Below, one piece after another: positions 59,860 to 64,000 of a stretch of DNA of 64,000 nt. The translations under genes were made by a program, and so were the position numbers. The stretch's first letter is position 1. Every line of letters begins with the position of its first letter. Below the pieces are notes generated by a model. The model was not told the DNA's origin. It saw nothing but the letters and a program-made list of their open reading frames with translations, and made no database searches. The stretch covers positions 1 to 64,000 of the forward strand of contig CAVPBK010000007.1 of the NCBI GenBank assembly GCA_963701855.1, given 5' to 3'. The DNA comes from Nitrospirota bacterium. GTDB taxonomy: Bacteria > Nitrospirota > Nitrospiria > Nitrospirales > Nitrospiraceae.

Positions 59860-59877
59860 GTGAGCAATTTGGGACAG
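59860..59877 (+). promoter_or_regulatory. Regulon box (variant)
   Basis: GTGAGCAATTTGGGACAG; downstream ~35 nt resemble 58988-59020. Confidence 0.65.
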
Positions 59878-59952
59878 ACTGCGGTCTGTCTAGTTGGATA
59901 GATATAACCTGTAGTCTACACACGAATTGGCGTGTGTCCAAAGGAGGAAACT

Positions 59953-60306
59953 ATGAGATATTTCGCTATGACGATGCTCGTGTTAGTCATGGGAGTTGCC
60001 GCTGGTTGCTCAATATCCAGCACAGCTTCTGATTTGCGCGGCATAAAAGGGATGGACGGCGATAAGCTGACGCACATCAACACGAGAAACTACGCGATCC
60101 ACCTATTCATGACCAAACCGCTCTGGGGAGACGCCACATTGAACTCGACAGTCCAGAGTTTCGCCGACGTGGCCAAAAAACACGGTGCAACGAAGGTGCG
60201 AATTGTACAGTCTGATGAATCCACAATGTGGTACCTCATCCCGGTCTTGGGGTTTATTTTCACTCCGGTTGCCACGAACGTCGCGGGAGATGCGCTTCTT
60301 CCCTAG
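59953..60306 (+). CDS. Small hypothetical lipoprotein
   Basis: AAGGAGG RBS; lipobox AAGC. Confidence 0.75.
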   Translation: MRYFAMTMLVLVMGVAAGCSISSTASDLRGIKGMDGDKLTHINTRNYAIHLFMTKPLWGDATLNSTVQSFADVAKKHGATKVRIVQSDESTMWYLIPVLGFIFTPVATNVAGDALLP

Positions 60307-60479
60307 TGCAGGAGGTAGGTTGAGCGGGCACGATTTTGCGGACTTCTCCGGAGAAGCGGCAAAGATGGACTGCCGAGACGAATGCAGAGGAACCCCTTCT
60401 GAGCGGTGACCAAGATCAAGCATGACGCGGTGAACTCGGCGCGTAGTTATAGCAATGTCCACGAAGGGAGATCGACAGC

Positions 60480-61694
60480 GTGAGCCAAACGATGTCAAAC
60501 CAGTGGGTCGTGGAGCCGGGGGCTAGGCCCCCGGTGAGGTCCGCGCAACTCAACTCAATCTCCGCCGGCCATGCACTCCGCGTCGCGTACGTGGAGGCGG
60601 ATCGGTTAGCAACCCTGCTAAAAGTTTCGCCATCCACAGTCCTAGGTATCGTCTGCCATGAGCAGAGCCTCGGGCAACCCAATGGCTTGGGGGCCTATCC
60701 TGTTGTCTGTCTCGATATCCCGCAATTCAACAGGCCTACATTGGCCGAAGTGTGGACGAGCACCCTGCCGCTTACCTATTACCAGGCCGATGGAGTCCAC
60801 TGCGCCATGAACGATGAGGTGCTCTTTGGTGCGTTGCAGTTGGAAGAAAGCCCAGGGGCGCTGCTGGACACCGTGACCTACACTGCCTATCGACGCCTGC
60901 TCGCCCAAGCTCGTGCCCTGGGCTACCCGCACTTGTTGCGGGTGTGGAATTACTTCCCTCATATCAATCGTGAATCCGATGGGCTGGAACGGTACCAGCG
61001 ATTTTGCGCCGGTCGACATCTGGCTCTAGCCGAGGGCCTGGCTGGTTTCCCTCAAACCCTGCCTGCGGGGACTGCCGTCGGGACGATGTCCGGCCCGCTG
61101 AAAATCCATTTCTTGGCGGCGAGGCAGCCTGGAACACACGTCGAGAATCCGCGACAGGTGAGCGCGTACGAGTATCCCCGTGTCTATGGTCCGTGCAGCC
61201 CGTCGTTTGCGAGAGCCTCCCTGCGGCCATCCAACACCGGGTTCCACCTGCTCATCGCCGGTACGGCGAGCGTGGTCGGTCATGTGAGTGTACATATCGG
61301 TGATCCGTATAAGCAGACCCTGGAAATCATGCAGAACCTCAATGCCTTGCTCACACATACTGAGCAGTTCCACGGAATTACTCGCGGACAGTGGTATGGG
61401 CAGGCCCTCTTCAAGATTTATATTCGACACCCGGAACACTTTGCGATGATCCGCGACATTCTCCAGAAGCAGCTGCCTTCCCATACTCAGGTTTTGTACC
61501 TTCAAGGAGACATGTGCCGAAGCGAGTTATTATTGGAGGTCGAGGGCGTCCTGGGTCAAGAACGGACCATTGACGTGAGCCAAACAGTGTCGCCGCCCCG
61601 CGTTCGTCTCCGGCAACCTGCGACGTCTCAGCATGCGCAGCCGGATAGGCTCAGGATCGTGTCGTCGGCGGACTCCCTTCCACATGCTCTCTGA
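60480..61694 (+). CDS. Chorismatase, FkbO/Hyg5 (XanB2-like) family
   Basis: RVWNYFPHIN, ERYQRFCAGR, ENPRQVSAY, YGPCSPSFARA, GTASVVGH, CRSELLLEVE. Confidence 0.85.
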   Translation: MSQTMSNQWVVEPGARPPVRSAQLNSISAGHALRVAYVEADRLATLLKVSPSTVLGIVCHEQSLGQPNGLGAYPVVCLDIPQFNRPTLAEVWTSTLPLTYYQADGVHCAMNDEVLFGALQLEESPGALLDTVTYTAYRRLLAQARALGYPHLLRVWNYFPHINRESDGLERYQRFCAGRHLALAEGLAGFPQTLPAGTAVGTMSGPLKIHFLAARQPGTHVENPRQVSAYEYPRVYGPCSPSFARASLRPSNTGFHLLIAGTASVVGHVSVHIGDPYKQTLEIMQNLNALLTHTEQFHGITRGQWYGQALFKIYIRHPEHFAMIRDILQKQLPSHTQVLYLQGDMCRSELLLEVEGVLGQERTIDVSQTVSPPRVRLRQPATSQHAQPDRLRIVSSADSLPHAL

Positions 61695-61725
61695 GATTCG
61701 GGACTGATCTCAACATTGACATCAC

Positions 61726-62607
61726 ATGCATTCACTGGTTCACATGCCATGGCACTTCACCATTGATGTGGACTGGATCCCTGGGTCCGAGGTCGGGCTG
61801 GAAGGCTTGCTGGATTTCTGTGATCGATGGAAGCTCAAGGCGACGATTTTTGTTGCCGGGCGATTTGCGGAAACCTACGCGGATCTTATCAAAGATTGCC
61901 GGCGGCGGGGGCACGAACTCGGAACACATGGATGGGAGCATGGCAGCCTCGAGAGAGACGAGGATTTTAGGTCAGCCAGTTATGATCAGCAGCGAGCATG
62001 GATCCGGTTGGCGACGGAGGCCGTGGAGAAAGCCTCAGGGCTTCGCCCGGTCGTCTTCCGCGCACCGAGCCTGTGGATCGGCGAAACGACCTTGCGCGCA
62101 CTCGAAGACGAGGGATACCGCTACGATTCATCTGTTCCGGCCAGGCGATTTGATTGTGGATTCGGCCGGGTGCACTACCTGAAATACTTTCGTGCGCCGA
62201 GTGAGCCGTACCGCCTGTCGTCTTACCGCCTGAGCCTTCCGGGATACAGCTCGATCATCGAAATTCCCCCGTCAGCGTTTCTGCTTCCCATCAATATGGC
62301 GACGCTCAGGGTGCTCGGTCTGCCGGTGATGAAATGGATGGTCCGCCGGATCTCTCGGGATGTTTCGCGGCTGGTGTTCTATTGCCACCCGCACGAATTG
62401 GTGCATGCCCATCGGCAATCCTTTCCGCGCAATATGTCCAAATGGAATATGCGAGGTATGGGCCCGGAGAACTTCTCGCTCCTTGACATATTCGTCGCTC
62501 ACATGGTGCGGCGAGGATATGTTTCTACGTTGTTTGCAGACTCGTTCGACGAAGCGCGCCCGTCATCCTATGAAGCCCCCCCTCGCGGATACGCAACTTC
62601 CCCATAG
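61726..62607 (+). CDS. Polysaccharide deacetylase (CE4/NodB-like)
   Basis: FTIDVD, KATIFV, GHELGTHGWEH, FRAP, YDSS, FYCHPHE. Confidence 0.88.
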   Translation: MHSLVHMPWHFTIDVDWIPGSEVGLEGLLDFCDRWKLKATIFVAGRFAETYADLIKDCRRRGHELGTHGWEHGSLERDEDFRSASYDQQRAWIRLATEAVEKASGLRPVVFRAPSLWIGETTLRALEDEGYRYDSSVPARRFDCGFGRVHYLKYFRAPSEPYRLSSYRLSLPGYSSIIEIPPSAFLLPINMATLRVLGLPVMKWMVRRISRDVSRLVFYCHPHELVHAHRQSFPRNMSKWNMRGMGPENFSLLDIFVAHMVRRGYVSTLFADSFDEARPSSYEAPPRGYATSP

Positions 62608-62900
62608 CGAGATCGATGACGGCAACGCGCATGCAGCTTTGCCCGAGCAGGGGATGTCTAGGAGACCAATGCCATTACACATGACTTTAGGCGCCGATGC
62701 TGGAGCGTTTCGATGGAGTAATGGTGCGCCCCTAGTCCTCTTTGAGACCTCGCCGGTATTGAGACGGTGAATCAGATGACACCTATACCAACCGAATTGA
62801 TCCGGATGATGAGAGTCAAGATGTCAGCAAGTCTGTCCCGAACAAAAGTGGCCGAATTTTCGCTCGAGACACCGCTAGAAGATTTGGGGCTCGATGTGTA

Positions 62901-64000
62901 ATGGCTGAAAATCTTGGAGTAAAAGATTCCGTGTCCGCACGGCAGGTCCCTGTTCGTAGTACCGTGAGGATCGCGACGGGGGGCGTGGTTTTCGTGCTCT
63001 GTCTCATCCTGGGAATCGTGTCGATCGCGATTGCGGTTGACGATTCCTACATCGCCGGCTACGCCGCTGCTGTCCTCCGACATGAATTTGACGCAACTAA
63101 AGCGTCTCTGCAAGTGCGGGAGGGAGTCGTGACCGTCGATGCCCAGTCGCTCGGCACGGTTGACCAAAGAAAAGTCATTACCGCATTGGAAAGCATTCCC
63201 GGTGTGGTGCGTGTGGAGATTCGGGAGGGCCAGGCTCACACCGATCTCCGTGAATCCGTTCCCATTCAGCAAGAACCTACCAAGCCCGAGTCAAAATTTC
63301 TTCCTCGCGGTCTGCTCGTGACTCCGTTCCATGCGGACCCCCGATGGCCGCATTTCTCCATGGCGTACCGGCAAGTGACATTGGGTCAGCCGGGCGACAC
63401 CGGCTCGGCCAATTTCGGTGAAACGTTTGCCCTCTATCGAAACGCTGCACCGTTGGATGGCCAATGGGAATTCGCGCTCCAGGCCGGCGTCTTCAGTATC
63501 TTCAATATGGGCGCCCCTTCGAAAGATCTCGTCAACGCCGACTACACCGTCGGGTTGCTCACCAGCTATCGGACCGGTCCATTCTCCGGTTTCCTCCGCC
63601 TCCACCATCAGAGTTCACACTTGGGCGATGAATTTATTCTCGATAGCCCGACGCCGGTCAACAGAGTCAATTTAAGCTTTGAAGAACTCGACCTGAAATT
63701 GTCTTACGAACTGACCTCGTGGTTCCGGATCTATGGCGGCGGGGGTTACCTGGTTGATCGAGATCCAGACTATCTCAGACGCGGCACGAGCCAGGTGGGA
63801 ACTGAATTCACCAGCCCCTGGACCTTGTGGAACGGCAAGGTTCGTCCTGTGGCCTATGGAGACTTTCAGGCCAACGCGAGAAGTAACTGGAGGGTCGCCA
63901 ACTCCGTCATGGCGGGGCTGCAATTCGAGAATGCGCGCATCGGAGATCGCAAACTGCAAGTATTGGCAGAGTATTTCTCCGGCCCCTCGCCAAACGGACA
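62901..64000 (+). CDS. DUF1207-domain outer-membrane protein (partial, runs off the window)
   Basis: Open frame from ATG 62901; DDSYIAGYAAAVL, ADPRWPHFS, NADYTVG, HQSSHLGDEF. Confidence 0.75.
   Translation, partial: MAENLGVKDSVSARQVPVRSTVRIATGGVVFVLCLILGIVSIAIAVDDSYIAGYAAAVLRHEFDATKASLQVREGVVTVDAQSLGTVDQRKVITALESIPGVVRVEIREGQAHTDLRESVPIQQEPTKPESKFLPRGLLVTPFHADPRWPHFSMAYRQVTLGQPGDTGSANFGETFALYRNAAPLDGQWEFALQAGVFSIFNMGAPSKDLVNADYTVGLLTSYRTGPFSGFLRLHHQSSHLGDEFILDSPTPVNRVNLSFEELDLKLSYELTSWFRIYGGGGYLVDRDPDYLRRGTSQVGTEFTSPWTLWNGKVRPVAYGDFQANARSNWRVANSVMAGLQFENARIGDRKLQVLAEYFSGPSPNG

Noticed and set aside
35458..59877. 18-bp box read as a sigma-54 promoter (TGG...TTGC)
   Set aside because: GG-to-GC spacing is 8 nt rather than the required 10, and the box occurs in both orientations
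35458..59877. 18-bp box read as a canonical LexA, FNR or CRP site
   Set aside because: CTG-N12-CAG differs from CTG-N10-CAG; there is no TTGAT-N4-ATCAA or TGTGA-N6-TCACA match

Overview
Accessory region of a bacterial genome. The gene families suggest a Nitrospira-like host (inference; no marker gene present). The window has two halves. (A) ~3.6-26 kb is a mosaic of unrelated cargo genes: an astacin protease with propeller repeats, a HEPN-like protein, a 14-repeat propeller protein, a TolB-like lipoprotein, a phospholipase C-like enzyme, Slp, an Slp-PhoD fusion and an O-methyltransferase. These are punctuated by ten integrase att-like elements of four families, each an arm of roughly 90-220 bp ending in a tRNA fragment (Arg-TCT x3, Lys-CTT x3, fMet x2, Ser-like x2). 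All have the same arm-to-core polarity, and there is no integrase or intact tRNA in the window. (B) ~27-60 kb is a general/oxidative-stress island: three csbD-BON operons, two DUF1328, DUF3309, YtxH, DUF948, a ferritin-like protein, SOD, a di-heme cytochrome c, M48, hemerythrin, RibD-C and a flavin reductase. At least 16 upstream regions share an 18-bp imperfect palindrome (CTGAGCAATTTTGACCAG), usually ~20 nt upstream of a -10-like hexamer, i.e. centred near -41.5, suggesting a regulon. Also present: an IS3 element, IS110 and IS5/IS1182-like remnants, a MITE, several pseudogenes, a chorismatase, a polysaccharide deacetylase and a partial DUF1207 gene. All calls are by-eye motif recognition; no searches were run.
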